This document shows, piece by piece, positions 10,613 through 20,769 of a stretch of DNA of 64,000 nt. The translations under genes were made by a program, and so were the position numbers. The DNA comes from an uncultured Gemmatimonadaceae bacterium (GTDB lineage Bacteria; Gemmatimonadota; Gemmatimonadetes; Gemmatimonadales; Gemmatimonadaceae), in the NCBI GenBank assembly GCA_963822945.1, contig CAWGJO010000004.1, forward strand, positions 105,821-169,820, read 5' to 3'. The notes under the pieces are model-generated. The model made no database searches. It worked only from the letters and a program-made list of their open reading frames with translations, and had not been told where the DNA came from. The stretch's first letter is position 1. Every line of letters starts with the position of its first letter.

Positions 10613-12027
10613 CTATTCGTAGCGGAGGCAGACGACGGGATCCTGCTGGGCGGCGCGCCACGCGGGCACGATCCCGAAAACGAGGCCCACGGTGAACGAG
10701 ACGCCGAAGGCGAGGAGCACGGAGAGCGAGGACACCGCGGTCGTGATGCCCGGCGAAGTGCTCGATGCCGCCGCTGATCACCGCCCCCACGATGATGCCG
10801 GCGACGCCGCCCGCCACGCTGATCAGCATGGCCTCGCTCAGGAACTGGAAGAGGATGTCCTTCTGGGTCGCGCCGGTGGCCCGGCGGACCCCGATCTCGC
10901 GGATCCGCTCCAGCACGGACGCGAGCATGATGTTCATGATCCCGATCCCGCCGACGAGCAGCGAGATCGACGCGATGGCGCCGAGCACGATGTTGAAGAT
11001 CGATCGCGTCCGCTGCTCCTGGCGCAACAGCAGCTCGGGCACGGTGATCTCGTAATCCACGACGTCGTTGTGTCGGCGCTTGAGCATCCGCCGCATGACG
11101 TCCGCCACCGCCGACATGTACTTGCTGTCGTCCACGCGAACGATGATCCGGTCGAGCTGGTTGTGGTTGGCGCGCTCGGCCCGCGCTGCTGCGAGTCGGT
11201 CGTCGTCGCCGGCCGCGTGACCGTGTACTGCCGGGCCGCACGCTCGAATGTCCTGCTGCGTGAGCAGCGCGCGGTTCCGGTAGCGCAGCAGCATGGTCTG
11301 GCGTGGGGACGTAGACGTCCATGTTGGCGTCGCGGATACCGAGCTGCTGCCGACGTCTGGGCGCTGCACGGGGCGGTCGGCGAGCACGCCCACCACCGTG
11401 AGCCACACGTTCCCCACCTTGAGCGTGCTTGCCGATGGGATCCTCCGTCGTGAAGAAGCGCGTGCGGACGCCCTGGCCGATGATCGCCACCGCGCATGCC
11501 ATCGCGCACCTGCGTGGGCGCGACCAGTCGGTGCCGCGCGCGATGCGCAGATTGAGCAGCCGGAAGTACGTGCGGATCGACGCCCACGACCTTGCCGGAT
11601 CGCCGCAGGCCCTCGCGGGTGAGCGTCGTGTTGAGCACGATCTCCCCGCTCGCGGCCACCGACGTGCGGCATGACGGCGGCAATGGCGGCTGGCGTCCTC
11701 GGTAGGTGAGCCCGGGCGTGTAGCGCACGACCTGTCGCTCTCGGGCTGCTGTCGGTCGGCCTTCTCTTCCTTCTGCTCCACGATCGGCGTGACGATCACG
11801 TTGTTCGAGCCCAGCAGCTGCATCTGCTGGAGGATCTCCTGCTCGGCGCCCGGCCGATGGCGAGCATGGCGATCACCGACGCGACGCCGAACAGGATGCC
11901 GAGCGAGGTGAGGCCGGCTCGCAGCTTGTTGTGCCCGACGGCCTCGAACGGCCGTGCGGAGGCTGGACAGGACGTGCGCGATGATCTGTCGCCGCAGCGT
12001 GGCGACCGTCTCGTTGAGCGTCGGCAT
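10613..12027 (-). CDS. MacB/FtsX-like ABC transporter permease, multiple frameshifts
   Basis: HNKLRAGLTSLGILFGVASVIAML; MQLLGSNNV; LGAIASISLLVGGIGIMNIMLASVLERIREIGVRRATGA...ILFQFLSEA; ends DP..CLRYE*. Confidence 0.85.
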
Positions 12028-12032
12028 GCCGC

Positions 12033-13434
12033 TCAGCCCGGCGAGAGCACGTGATGCGTGCTGTCCGCGGACGGGGCCGGCGGGGCGCCCTTCACTCCCG
12101 GTGTTGCCTTCTTCGAAGGCGCCGGCTGCACCGGAAGGGCGGTGTCGCCGTTCGGCACGGGAGCCACGTTGTGGGACCCCGGCAGATGTACGATCGCCAG
12201 ACGGTCGTGATCCGCGGGTGCCGCCATCAGAATGCGGTCGCCCGGCTTGAGCCCCCGCGTGACGATCACATCGTCGTCGTTCATCTGCGCCGTCTCCACT
12301 TCCTGCTTGACCACGTGGGAGCCGGACTGGACGTAGACCACGGGCAGGCCGCTGTCGGTGCTCACCGCCTCGATGGGGATGTAGATGACGTCCTTGGCGG
12401 TGAACGTGTTGATGGCGTTTCCGGTCGTCATGCCGGGGCGGAGCGTCGTATCGGGCTTCTCGATGTTGATATGGACCTCGAACACCTTGGCGTCGGAGTT
12501 CGGACGCTGCTCGCCGACGTTGGCCACGTTCGTGACCGACCCCGGTCAGCTTCTTCCCGGGATCCGCGTCGAGCGTGATGGCCACGTGCTGGCCGACGGC
12601 CACCTTGCGCACGTCGATCTCGTTCACGTAGGTCATCGACTCCATCTTGGTGAGATCGGGCAGCGTGGCCACCACGCCATCGAAGCTGTTGACCTGCGAG
12701 CCCGCCGTGCGCTTCTGCCCGTTGTATTCCCGTTGGTAGATCACCATGCCGGGCGACGGCGCGCGGATCGTGAATCCCGCCATGACCGACTGGACCATCT
12801 GCAGCTGGTTCTTCTGACGGCTCAGATCGGCGCTCTGCTCGCTCATCTTGGCCTTGGCCTGCAGCACCTGGGTCTTGTAATCCAGCCTTGGCCTGGTCAC
12901 CGCGCGTTGGGCCTGCTGGTAGTCGATATCCGTCTGCTGCTGAATGCTCGGCGCCTCGTAGATCGACTGTTCCTTCACGATCTTCTTCTGCTCCAGAGCC
13001 AGCTCGAGGGACCGGATGTTCTCGCGCGCCTTGGAGAGGGTGAGCGCCGAGTCCAGCATGGCCTGCTCGTACTCCGCCTGGGCCTTCTGCACGCCCAGCG
13101 TCACCTCGGCCAGCTTGGGCGCCAGTGTGGCCCGATCGAGCTCGCCACCACGTCCCCGGTCTTCACCAGCGTGCCCTCGGGCACGAGCGGTGGCGATCTT
13201 CATCTGATAGATCTGCGCCTGCATCGCCCCCTGCGGCACCGTGATCTGCACCGACTTGCGCGCACGAAGTTCGCCCGAGGTTGTGACCAGCACGCTGAAA
13301 TCGCCGTGCTTCACGGTGGTGACCAGCGCGGTATCGGGCACCGCATCGTTGTGGGCGAACAGCCAGGTGGCGGGGATGCCGAGCAGCACGACCACGACTG
13401 CGACGCGGAACCAGCGCGAACGGACGAGCGCCAT
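12033..13434 (-). CDS. MacA/HlyD-like periplasmic adaptor, frameshifts near 13190, 12890 and 12540
   Basis: N-terminal TM (VAVVVVLLGIP), VKHGDFSVLVTTSGEL, coiled coil, TIRAPSPGMVIY, VNEIDVRKVAVGQ, LRPGMT, IPIEAV, GLKPGDRI. Confidence 0.85.
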
Positions 13435-13862
13435 GACACCTCCACCGGAGTCAACGAGCGATGACCAGCCATGCGGACGCGGCCCCACGCGGAGCGCGCC
13501 CGGCATCCAACGCGCAACATCGTCGGTTCGACACCATGAGCGGCCCGACCGTTGCCCGCGACCGCCCAATTATCCCGTGCGTCGGCCGAACACGGCCCAG
13601 CCGGGGTCGAAACCGCGCCAATATGAGGACCCATCCGCGCGGGCGCATCGGGATTAATGAACTCGTAACGAAGAGTTCCTGAAGTGCTAATGTTGCGGCG
13701 AGACGCGCGTGCCCGGGCCCGGCCAGCCGGGCCCGGGCGGCCCGGCCGGCCATCGGGGCACGGACGGAGGGGGTGTGGCGGGCCTCGCCAGGCCGCGGCG
13801 CCGCCGAACTTGAAGTTTGGTGCCGCCGGTGGGAGCTTTCCCGGCAGTTCTTCCCACTACGG

Positions 13863-14840
13863 ATGACATTCCAGATGCAAGCATTCGGGTTACCCCGCCG
13901 TCTGGCGGGTGCGTTCACGGTTCTGCTGGTCGCGGTTGGGCCGGCGGCGTGCGGCCGCGGCGCCGAGCAGGGCGCGGCCAAGACCACCAAGACCATCGGC
14001 GTCTCGCTGCTCACCCGCGAGGACGAGTTCTATCGCCAGCTCGAGGCGGGACTGCGGCAGGCGGCCAAGGCGCATGGCTACGCGCTGGTGCTCAACTCCG
14101 GCGATCGCGACCTCGCCAAGCAGCAGTCGCAGATCGACGACTTCATCGTGCAACACGTGGACGCCATCGTCGTCTGTCCGGTGGACTCCAAGGGCATCGG
14201 GCCCGCCATCCAGCGGGCGAATGCGGCCAAAATCCCCGTGTTCACCGCCGATATCGGAGCCGACGGCGGGCAGGTGGTGTCGCACGTCGCGTCCGACAAC
14301 GTGGCGGGGGGAAAGCTGGCCGCCGAGTACATCGCCAAGGCGATCGGCGGCAAGGGTGACGTGGGCCTGATCGGCGAACCGGACGTGCAGTCGACCATCG
14401 ACCGCGAAGCCGGATTCAAGGAGGCCCTGAAGGCCTACCCGAACATCCACCTCGTGGCCAACCTCAACGGCTACGGGACGCGCGACCATGCGCTCAAGGC
14501 GGCCGACGACATGCTGCAGGCGCACCCGAAGCTCAACGCGATCTTCGCCATCAACGACGAGTCCGCGCTCGGTGCGCTCTCCAGCGCCCAGTCCCACCAC
14601 GACGCCCGGTTGGTGATCGTGGGCTACGACGCCGGCGCCGAGGCGCGGAAGGCGATCGCCGGGGGGACGCCGCTTCGCGCGGACGTGGCGCAGCAGCCGA
14701 TGAAGATCGGCGAGGAGACGATCAACGCCATTGCCGACTACCTGGCGGGCAAGACGCCGCCGGCGCGCATCGCCGTGCCGGTGCGCATCGTCGACGCCGA
14801 CTCGGTGAAGGCGATGACGGCGGTGGCGTCCGGCAAGTAG
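13863..14840 (+). CDS. rbsB: Monosaccharide (ribose-type) ABC transporter substrate-binding lipoprotein, RbsB-like
   Basis: Lipobox AAC; VDAIVVCPVDS, IPVFTAD, SDNVAGG, IFAINDESALGA, IVGYD, DVAQQP. Alternative start at 13875. Confidence 0.85.
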   Translation: MTFQMQAFGLPRRLAGAFTVLLVAVGPAACGRGAEQGAAKTTKTIGVSLLTREDEFYRQLEAGLRQAAKAHGYALVLNSGDRDLAKQQSQIDDFIVQHVDAIVVCPVDSKGIGPAIQRANAAKIPVFTADIGADGGQVVSHVASDNVAGGKLAAEYIAKAIGGKGDVGLIGEPDVQSTIDREAGFKEALKAYPNIHLVANLNGYGTRDHALKAADDMLQAHPKLNAIFAINDESALGALSSAQSHHDARLVIVGYDAGAEARKAIAGGTPLRADVAQQPMKIGEETINAIADYLAGKTPPARIAVPVRIVDADSVKAMTAVASGK

Positions 14841-14844
14841 CCGC

Positions 14845-16332
14845 GTGGAACTCGCCGCCGACGCGTTGGTCAAACGGTATCCCGGGGTGCTCGCGCTGGA
14901 CGGCGTGAGCATCGTCGTGCGCGGCGGTGAGGTCCACGCCGTGGCGGGGGAGAACGGGGCCGGCAAATCCACCCTGATGAAGATCCTCTCCGGCGCCGTG
15001 CGGCCCGACGCCGGCACGCTGACCGTCGACGGCCAGCTGGTCCGCTTCGAGACCCCGCACGACGCGCATGCCGCCGGGATCCGGATGATCCATCAGGAGT
15101 TGAGTCTCGTGCCGGAGCTGTCGGTGGCCGAGAACATCTTCCTGGGCGCCGAGCCGCGACATCGCGGAATCGTGGACCGCGACCGGCAGACGCGCGACGC
15201 GCGCGCGGTGCTCGACCGCCTGGGGCAAACGCAGCTCGACCCGGGCGCGCGGGTGGCGGATCTGCCGCTGGCGGCGCGCCAGATGACCGAGATCGCCAAG
15301 GCGGTCGCGGCCCGGGCCCGGGTGCTGATCATGGACGAGCCCACCGCCATCCTGGCGCAGGCCGAGACCGACGTGCTGTTCCGCGTCATCGAGCAGCTCC
15401 GCGACGAGGGCGTGGCGGTGGTGTACATCTCGCACCGGCTGGACGAGATCTTCCGTGTGGCAAACCGCGTCACCGTGCTTCGCGACGGACAGCGGGTGAC
15501 GACGGCGCCGGTGTCCGAACTTTCGCGTGGCGAGATCGTACGGCTGATGGTGGGGCGCGAACTCGCCACCGGCTATCCGGCCCGAACCGCGGAACCGGGG
15601 GCCGAGATGCTGCGACTGGAAGGCGTCAGCGCGGGGCCGGTTCACGACGCGTCGCTCGTGCTGCGCCGCGGTGAGATCGTTGGGCTGGTGGGGCTCATCG
15701 GCGCCGGGCGTACCGAGCTGGCACAGGCCATTTTCGGCGCGACGCCGATGCGAGCAGGGCAGATGCTGCTGGAGGGCGCGCCGTTCCGGCCGCGGTCGCC
15801 GCGCGAGGCCATCGACGCCGGCGTGGCGCTCCTGCCGGAAGACCGCAAGCGGCAGGGACTCGTGCTCATGGGCGCCATCCGCGAGAACGTTTCGCTGCCG
15901 TCCCTCCCGACGCTGGCGCCCCGGGGCGTGGTGGACCGGGCCCGCGAGCGCGCCGGCGTCGAGAAGTGGATCGAGGCGCTGGGCATTCGCACGCCGTCGC
16001 TCGATCGGCCCGCGCAGCAGCTCTCGGGAGGCAATCAGCAGAAGGTGGTGCTGGCCCGCTGGATGCTGCGCCACTCCCGCGTGTTGCTGTTCGACGAACC
16101 CACGCGGGGCATCGACGTGGGCGCCAAAGCCGAGATCTACGCGCTCATGCGGCGGCTGGCCGAGGACGGCGCGGCGATTCTCATGATATCCTCCGACCTT
16201 CCCGAGGCACTCGGCATGGCCGACCGGCTGATCGCGATGCGCAACGGACGCATCGTGGGGCAACTGACGCGCGACGAGGCGACGCAGGACCGCGTCGCGA
16301 CGCTCATCCTCGGCGAGAGCGCGGCGGCATGA
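14845..16332 (+). CDS. rbsA: Sugar ABC transporter ATP-binding protein with two NBDs, RbsA-like
   Basis: GENGAGKSTL, LIMDEPT, YISHRL, PEDRKRQGL, LSGGNQQKVVLARW, FDEPTRGIDVGAK. Confidence 0.93.
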   Translation: MELAADALVKRYPGVLALDGVSIVVRGGEVHAVAGENGAGKSTLMKILSGAVRPDAGTLTVDGQLVRFETPHDAHAAGIRMIHQELSLVPELSVAENIFLGAEPRHRGIVDRDRQTRDARAVLDRLGQTQLDPGARVADLPLAARQMTEIAKAVAARARVLIMDEPTAILAQAETDVLFRVIEQLRDEGVAVVYISHRLDEIFRVANRVTVLRDGQRVTTAPVSELSRGEIVRLMVGRELATGYPARTAEPGAEMLRLEGVSAGPVHDASLVLRRGEIVGLVGLIGAGRTELAQAIFGATPMRAGQMLLEGAPFRPRSPREAIDAGVALLPEDRKRQGLVLMGAIRENVSLPSLPTLAPRGVVDRARERAGVEKWIEALGIRTPSLDRPAQQLSGGNQQKVVLARWMLRHSRVLLFDEPTRGIDVGAKAEIYALMRRLAEDGAAILMISSDLPEALGMADRLIAMRNGRIVGQLTRDEATQDRVATLILGESAAA

Positions 16333-17285
16333 CCTCCTCGCCGGCGCGGTGGCAGCGCATTGCCGACTACATGCTCGTGGTGGCGACGGTGGTGGAGGCG
16401 GCGGTGTTCGCCGGCATCGCTCCCGGGTTCTTCTCGCTCGCCAACGCGGTGAACGTGCTGCTGAGCGTGGCCGTCACGGGCATCCTCGCCGTCGGCATGA
16501 CGGCGGTGATCCTCACGGCGGGCATCGATCTGTCGGTGGGATCGGTGGTGGCGCTCACCGGCGTCACCGGCGCGATGGCCGCGTCGCACGGCTTCATGCC
16601 GGCCACGATGGCGCTCATCGTCGCCGTGCTCGTCGGGACGGCCACCGGCGTGGTGAACGGGACGCTGACCGCCTATCTGCAGGTGCCGGCGTTCGTGTCG
16701 ACGCTGGCCATGCTCACCATCGCGCGGGGGCTGGCCTTCATCGTGTCCGGCGGGCGCAGCATCGGCGACCTGCCGTCGTCGTTCGGCGCGCTGGGACGGT
16801 CGGTGCTGCTCGGCATTCCGGCGCCGGTGCTCGTGATGGCGGCGGTGATGCTGGTGGGCGCGTTCGTGCTCCGCCGCACCGTGTTCGGCCGCCACATCTA
16901 CGCCATCGGCGGCAACACCGAGGCGGCGTGGCTGGCCGGCGTGAACACCAAGCGGGTGATCTGGTGGGTGTACGTGCTCAACGGCGCGCTGGCGGGCATC
17001 GGCGGGCTGACGCTGGCCTCGCGACTCGGCGCGGGCGTGCCGAACGCGGGGCAACAGTACGAATTGGACGTGATCGCGGCGGTGGTCGTGGGCGGCGCCT
17101 CTCTGTTCGGCGGCCGCGGGACGATAGCCGGCACGCTCTGGGGTACGGTGTTCATCGGCGTGCTGACCAATGGGCTCAATCTGGCGAACGTCGATCCCTA
17201 CGTGCAGAAGATCGCGCTGGGCGTGGTGATCGTGTTGGCGGTGATCGGCGACGAGATCAGCCGCCGGAAGCGCGCGACGGGGTAG
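16329..17285 (+). CDS. rbsC: Sugar ABC transporter permease, RbsC-like
   Basis: GIDLSVGSV, VPAFVSTL, FGRHIYAIGGN, YELDVIAAVVVGG; ATGA overlap with rbsA. Confidence 0.93.
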   Translation: MTSSPARWQRIADYMLVVATVVEAAVFAGIAPGFFSLANAVNVLLSVAVTGILAVGMTAVILTAGIDLSVGSVVALTGVTGAMAASHGFMPATMALIVAVLVGTATGVVNGTLTAYLQVPAFVSTLAMLTIARGLAFIVSGGRSIGDLPSSFGALGRSVLLGIPAPVLVMAAVMLVGAFVLRRTVFGRHIYAIGGNTEAAWLAGVNTKRVIWWVYVLNGALAGIGGLTLASRLGAGVPNAGQQYELDVIAAVVVGGASLFGGRGTIAGTLWGTVFIGVLTNGLNLANVDPYVQKIALGVVIVLAVIGDEISRRKRATG

Positions 17286-17298
17286 GGCAGACGCCCGG

Positions 17299-18540
17299 CT
17301 AGCGAACCGGCGTCGGTGCCGGCGGGCGATAGTCCACGGCCGCATTCACGATGTTGATGGGACCGAGCGTGGCCAGGTCGGCGACGATCTTCCACGCCCC
17401 CGCCACGCGCCGAAGGTGGAGTTCCGGCCGGTACATGTTGGCGGCGAAGTACGTCACGCCAGCGTCGTCCACGCGATAGATGACGTGGGCCAGATCGGCC
17501 CCTTCGCGCACGTCCCCGAGCACGGTGAAGTTGGTTCGACCGGTGCCTCGTGCGTATGCGGCTTCGAGCGTGCGGGCCGCGAACGCCATGGGGCTCAGTC
17601 GCGCCAGCTCGCCGATCGTGGTGGCGCCGCCCTGGGTTACCACCGGCACGGTGTCGTACTTGGCGAGATCGGCCGTGTCGGCGTCGGAACTCCATCCGAT
17701 CGCGGCCGACTGACCCGGCCGCCGGTTCGCCGCCGTGGGTGCCCCTGCCTTGGCCCATCCCAGAAGATTCCGGATGCCGTGATCCCGGGAGGCGCGCAGC
17801 GTCGTCGAGTCGAAGAGGGCCACGGCCGCGGTCCAATTCTCGTCGCCGATCGCCCGGAAGAACGCCCGCGCGACGTCATCGGGAGTCTCGGCCGGCTCCG
17901 GGCTCGTCGTGTCCGCGTCGACCCGGCCCACGTGGCAGTCGCGCATCGCCTCGCGCGCGTGCCGGGCCGGCCGGTCCAGCAGCGGAAGATCGGCCACGGC
18001 CCGGGTCGAGACGTTGAGCGTCTGCAGGCTGCGGCCGCCACCGCGTTTCATCAGCAGTCCGGGATCGACGACGTAGTCGAGCGAGATGAGGGTGGAGCGC
18101 TCGGCGGCGGCGTGTGCGCGCAACGCGCTGTCGAGCGCGACGCGGGTCATGCCGGCGGGTGCGTGAAACCGGAACACCCCATGGGTTTCGGACGATCGCA
18201 CCAGGTGACCCGCGGAGTCGAGCGTCACCGTGACCGCGACCTCCGGGGCATCGCGGGACGGGTAGTCCACGGTCTCGATTACGGCGCCGCTCGGCGTGGT
18301 GCGCACGGGCCGGCACTCGAACCGGTCGTAGTGCCAGGGCGCGACGGCGAAGTCAGCGACGGTTGCCGCGGCCGCGCGCGGGTTCACCGGTACGAAGACG
18401 TCCCGTGTCACGGCGGCCTCCCCAGCGGAGGCGGGAGCGGGTGTCGGGGCAGGGGTGGAACGTGGGGCACACCCGGCGGCTGTCGTGACCAGGGTGAGCG
18501 CGGCGAGCCGTCGCAACGGGGAGCGGAGGGCGGGGGGCAT
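17299..18540 (-). CDS. Hypothetical lipoprotein with a possible C-terminal NTF2/SnoaL-like domain
   Basis: Signal with lipobox (LTLVTTAAGC), Pro-rich linker; C-terminal PDDVARAFFRAI...WTAAVALFD...AHVIYRV...LRRVAGAWKI. Confidence 0.6.
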   Translation of the reverse strand: MPPALRSPLRRLAALTLVTTAAGCAPRSTPAPTPAPASAGEAAVTRDVFVPVNPRAAAATVADFAVAPWHYDRFECRPVRTTPSGAVIETVDYPSRDAPEVAVTVTLDSAGHLVRSSETHGVFRFHAPAGMTRVALDSALRAHAAAERSTLISLDYVVDPGLLMKRGGGRSLQTLNVSTRAVADLPLLDRPARHAREAMRDCHVGRVDADTTSPEPAETPDDVARAFFRAIGDENWTAAVALFDSTTLRASRDHGIRNLLGWAKAGAPTAANRRPGQSAAIGWSSDADTADLAKYDTVPVVTQGGATTIGELARLSPMAFAARTLEAAYARGTGRTNFTVLGDVREGADLAHVIYRVDDAGVTYFAANMYRPELHLRRVAGAWKIVADLATLGPINIVNAAVDYRPPAPTPVR

Positions 18541-18653
18541 ACTGACCTTCAGGGATATGGGCGTTGGTGAACGGACCACGCCGGCCGGCGACAGTCGACC
18601 GGCGCCCCCTAAGTTGCACCACCACCTCCCACCGCGCCAGACCAGAACTCGTA

Positions 18654-18857
18654 TTACGGAGCGGTGCCGCGACTCGGGCGCATCACACGACGCGCCAGCC
18701 AGACCAGGAGCGCGATGGGCAGCGCGATGAAGATCAGGAACTTGAGGGCGACGATCGTGAACAGTCCCACGGCGATGAGCACGATCACGGGAATGCCGAG
18801 GATCGCCATGGTCAGAAAGGGGCGCAGCGCGAAGAGACGAACGAGAGCGGCAATCAT
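18654..18857 (-). CDS. Small hydrophobic membrane protein (67 aa)
   Basis: GGAG RBS upstream; long hydrophobic stretch followed by a basic tail. Confidence 0.6.
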   Translation of the reverse strand: MIAALVRLFALRPFLTMAILGIPVIVLIAVGLFTIVALKFLIFIALPIALLVWLARRVMRPSRGTAP

Positions 18858-18957
18858 GGGGCACGACTCCGGGCAGGAGGTATGGCTACCCTACGAGTAC
18901 ACCGGCGTCCGGAGTTTCGCCATCCGACGGATCACGGGGGCGGGTTCCGCCGCTGGG

Positions 18958-19515
18958 TCAGGGGGTCTCGATCTGCACCCGGCCCTCGACCACGGCCGTC
19001 CATCCCGTGGGTCGATGCACGAGTTTGTAGATGCGCTCGAACCGGAGCGGGCCCACGCCGACGCTGGTCGGTGTCGAGTAGCGTTGCACGTACAGATTCA
19101 CGCTCGCCGTATCGCCCGGCATCTGGAACACCTCCGAGAACCGGACCACGTAGCCCGCCATCGGGGCGTTGCAGTGGGCCAGCTTGCCTCCCTGGCTGGT
19201 GGGCTCGCAGGTGCCCTGTACGATGTGGCTCTCGAGGAGGCTGTTCCGCAGCCCGCTGGTCATCCTCTCGGTGCCCGCGCCGTAGCCGCCCGTCCGCGGG
19301 AGCAGCCTGGGGTCCAGCAGGAGGTAGAGCGACGGGTCTCCCACCTGGAAGGCGCCGCCCACGGCCTCCTGATAGATCGCGACCCGGTCGCGGAGCGGCA
19401 GGTCGGCCACCTTCAGGCCGTGGCCCCGGACGTACGATTCCGCGGGGTTGGGCGCGCAGCCCACCGTCGCCAGGGCAACGAAGACGAGAGTCCAGGTGCG
19501 GCGTGATGAGATCAT
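18958..19515 (-). CDS. Hypothetical lipoprotein
   Basis: MISSRRTWTLVFVALATVGC lipoprotein signal; globular composition in a coding-like frame. Confidence 0.6.
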   Translation of the reverse strand: MISSRRTWTLVFVALATVGCAPNPAESYVRGHGLKVADLPLRDRVAIYQEAVGGAFQVGDPSLYLLLDPRLLPRTGGYGAGTERMTSGLRNSLLESHIVQGTCEPTSQGGKLAHCNAPMAGYVVRFSEVFQMPGDTASVNLYVQRYSTPTSVGVGPLRFERIYKLVHRPTGWTAVVEGRVQIETP

Positions 19516-19644
19516 CGGGGATCGGGATTGGGAGGCAAGACGACCGGAAACCGGTCGTCGGAACCGAGTCGGTGACCGACGTCCGCGGCGTGGAGCGTAC
19601 CGGGTACCGAAATGTAACGCGCTCGATCCGTCATCGGATGCGAG

Positions 19645-19683
19645 CAACGCCGCCCGGCCCCGCATCGGGGCCGGGCGGCGTTG
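19645..19683 (-). terminator. Perfect 18-bp hairpin downstream of the cupredoxin gene
   Basis: CAACGCCGCCCGGCCCCG-cat-CGGGGCCGGGCGGCGTTG, 25 nt after the stop at 19709. Confidence 0.65.
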
Positions 19684-19708
19684 TCGGAGCCGATGCATAG
19701 CCGCCGGG

Positions 19709-20561
19709 TCAGTCGACCTTGGAATTCAGCATCATGCCGTGCATGAAGTGCGGCTTGCCGTCCTTGGCGTCCGGGATGAAGCACATCGTGACGTAATTCC
19801 CGGCGCTGAAATCGGCCGAGAAGTACGCGGTCCGGCCCGGCGCTTCGGGAGCGATGCCGCCGACGGCGTGGGCGGGCGGGGGCCCGGCCGGCTTCACCAT
19901 CCATTTCGCGAAATCTTCCGCCGTCTTGCCGGAGTCGAGCTTGATGATCTCGAGCTCGTGCATCTGCGGCCCGTTGTTCGTGACGGCAAACACGTGGTGA
20001 CCGGCCGTGATGGGCGTGGAGTACGTGAACGAATAGTCCGCCAGCGCGACGTCGACATCCGCTTTGGGCGCGACGCGACGTATCCGCGGCAGCGCCGCTG
20101 CTCGCCACCGCCGTGAACGCATGCATCATGCCCTTCATGAAGTGCGGTACGCCGCCAGGGACGTCCACCATGCAGAGAATCGCATAATTGCCGGGCGTGA
20201 GGTTCAGCGTGGCGTTCGTGCTGTTGCCCGGGTCGGGCGCGTTGGGGCCTCCGATCGCGACGGCCCAGGCGGGCGGCGGACCGGGGTTTTTGAGGGCCGC
20301 CGCGAGGTCGCTCATCGTCTTGCCGCTGTCGAGGCGGAAGATCGTCGCGTGATGGAAGCTCGGCCCGTCGTTGATCAGGGTGAAGGTGACGAAGCCGGAG
20401 GGCACCGTGTCGGGCGCCACGTAGGCGAAGTCCTTGGCATGGATGGTGACGGCTGCGGGTGCGGCAGGCTGCGCAGGGGATGCCGGTTTCTCGTGGCTGC
20501 TGCAGGCGGCGAGGGCGGCGAGTGCGCCAACGACCGCCACGTACGTGATGCGGGCACGCAT
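19709..20561 (-). CDS. Tandem two-domain cupredoxin (blue-copper) lipoprotein, frameshift near 20080
   Basis: Lipobox LAAC; domain 1 NDGPSFHH...GNYAILCMVDVPGGVPHFMKGM; domain 2 NNGPQMHE...GNYVTMCFIPDAKDGKPHFMHGM. Each has the His...Cys-His-Met type-1 copper ligand pattern. Confidence 0.8.
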
Positions 20562-20769
20562 GGGGCTGGCCTCAATTGTGGAGGTGATGAAGGGGAGTGG
20601 GACTTCGCGCGGTACGATGCGCCGCCAGGGTTGCGGCGTCAATGCCGACGGCGAGAATCCCCATTGGAGGAGCGGACGCTAAGAGAGTGCGAGGGAAGCC
20701 GCGTGCTCTCGACGCAGTCGCTCGTGGATGGTAGTTTGGCGCGTCACCCACCTGATGGATCCCGAACCC

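Noticed and set aside
9307..13569. 1420-aa minus-strand ORF that looks like a giant fusion
   Set aside because: It drifts in and out of the true frames of three frameshifted genes, and most of it is Arg/Ala/Pro-rich off-frame translation.
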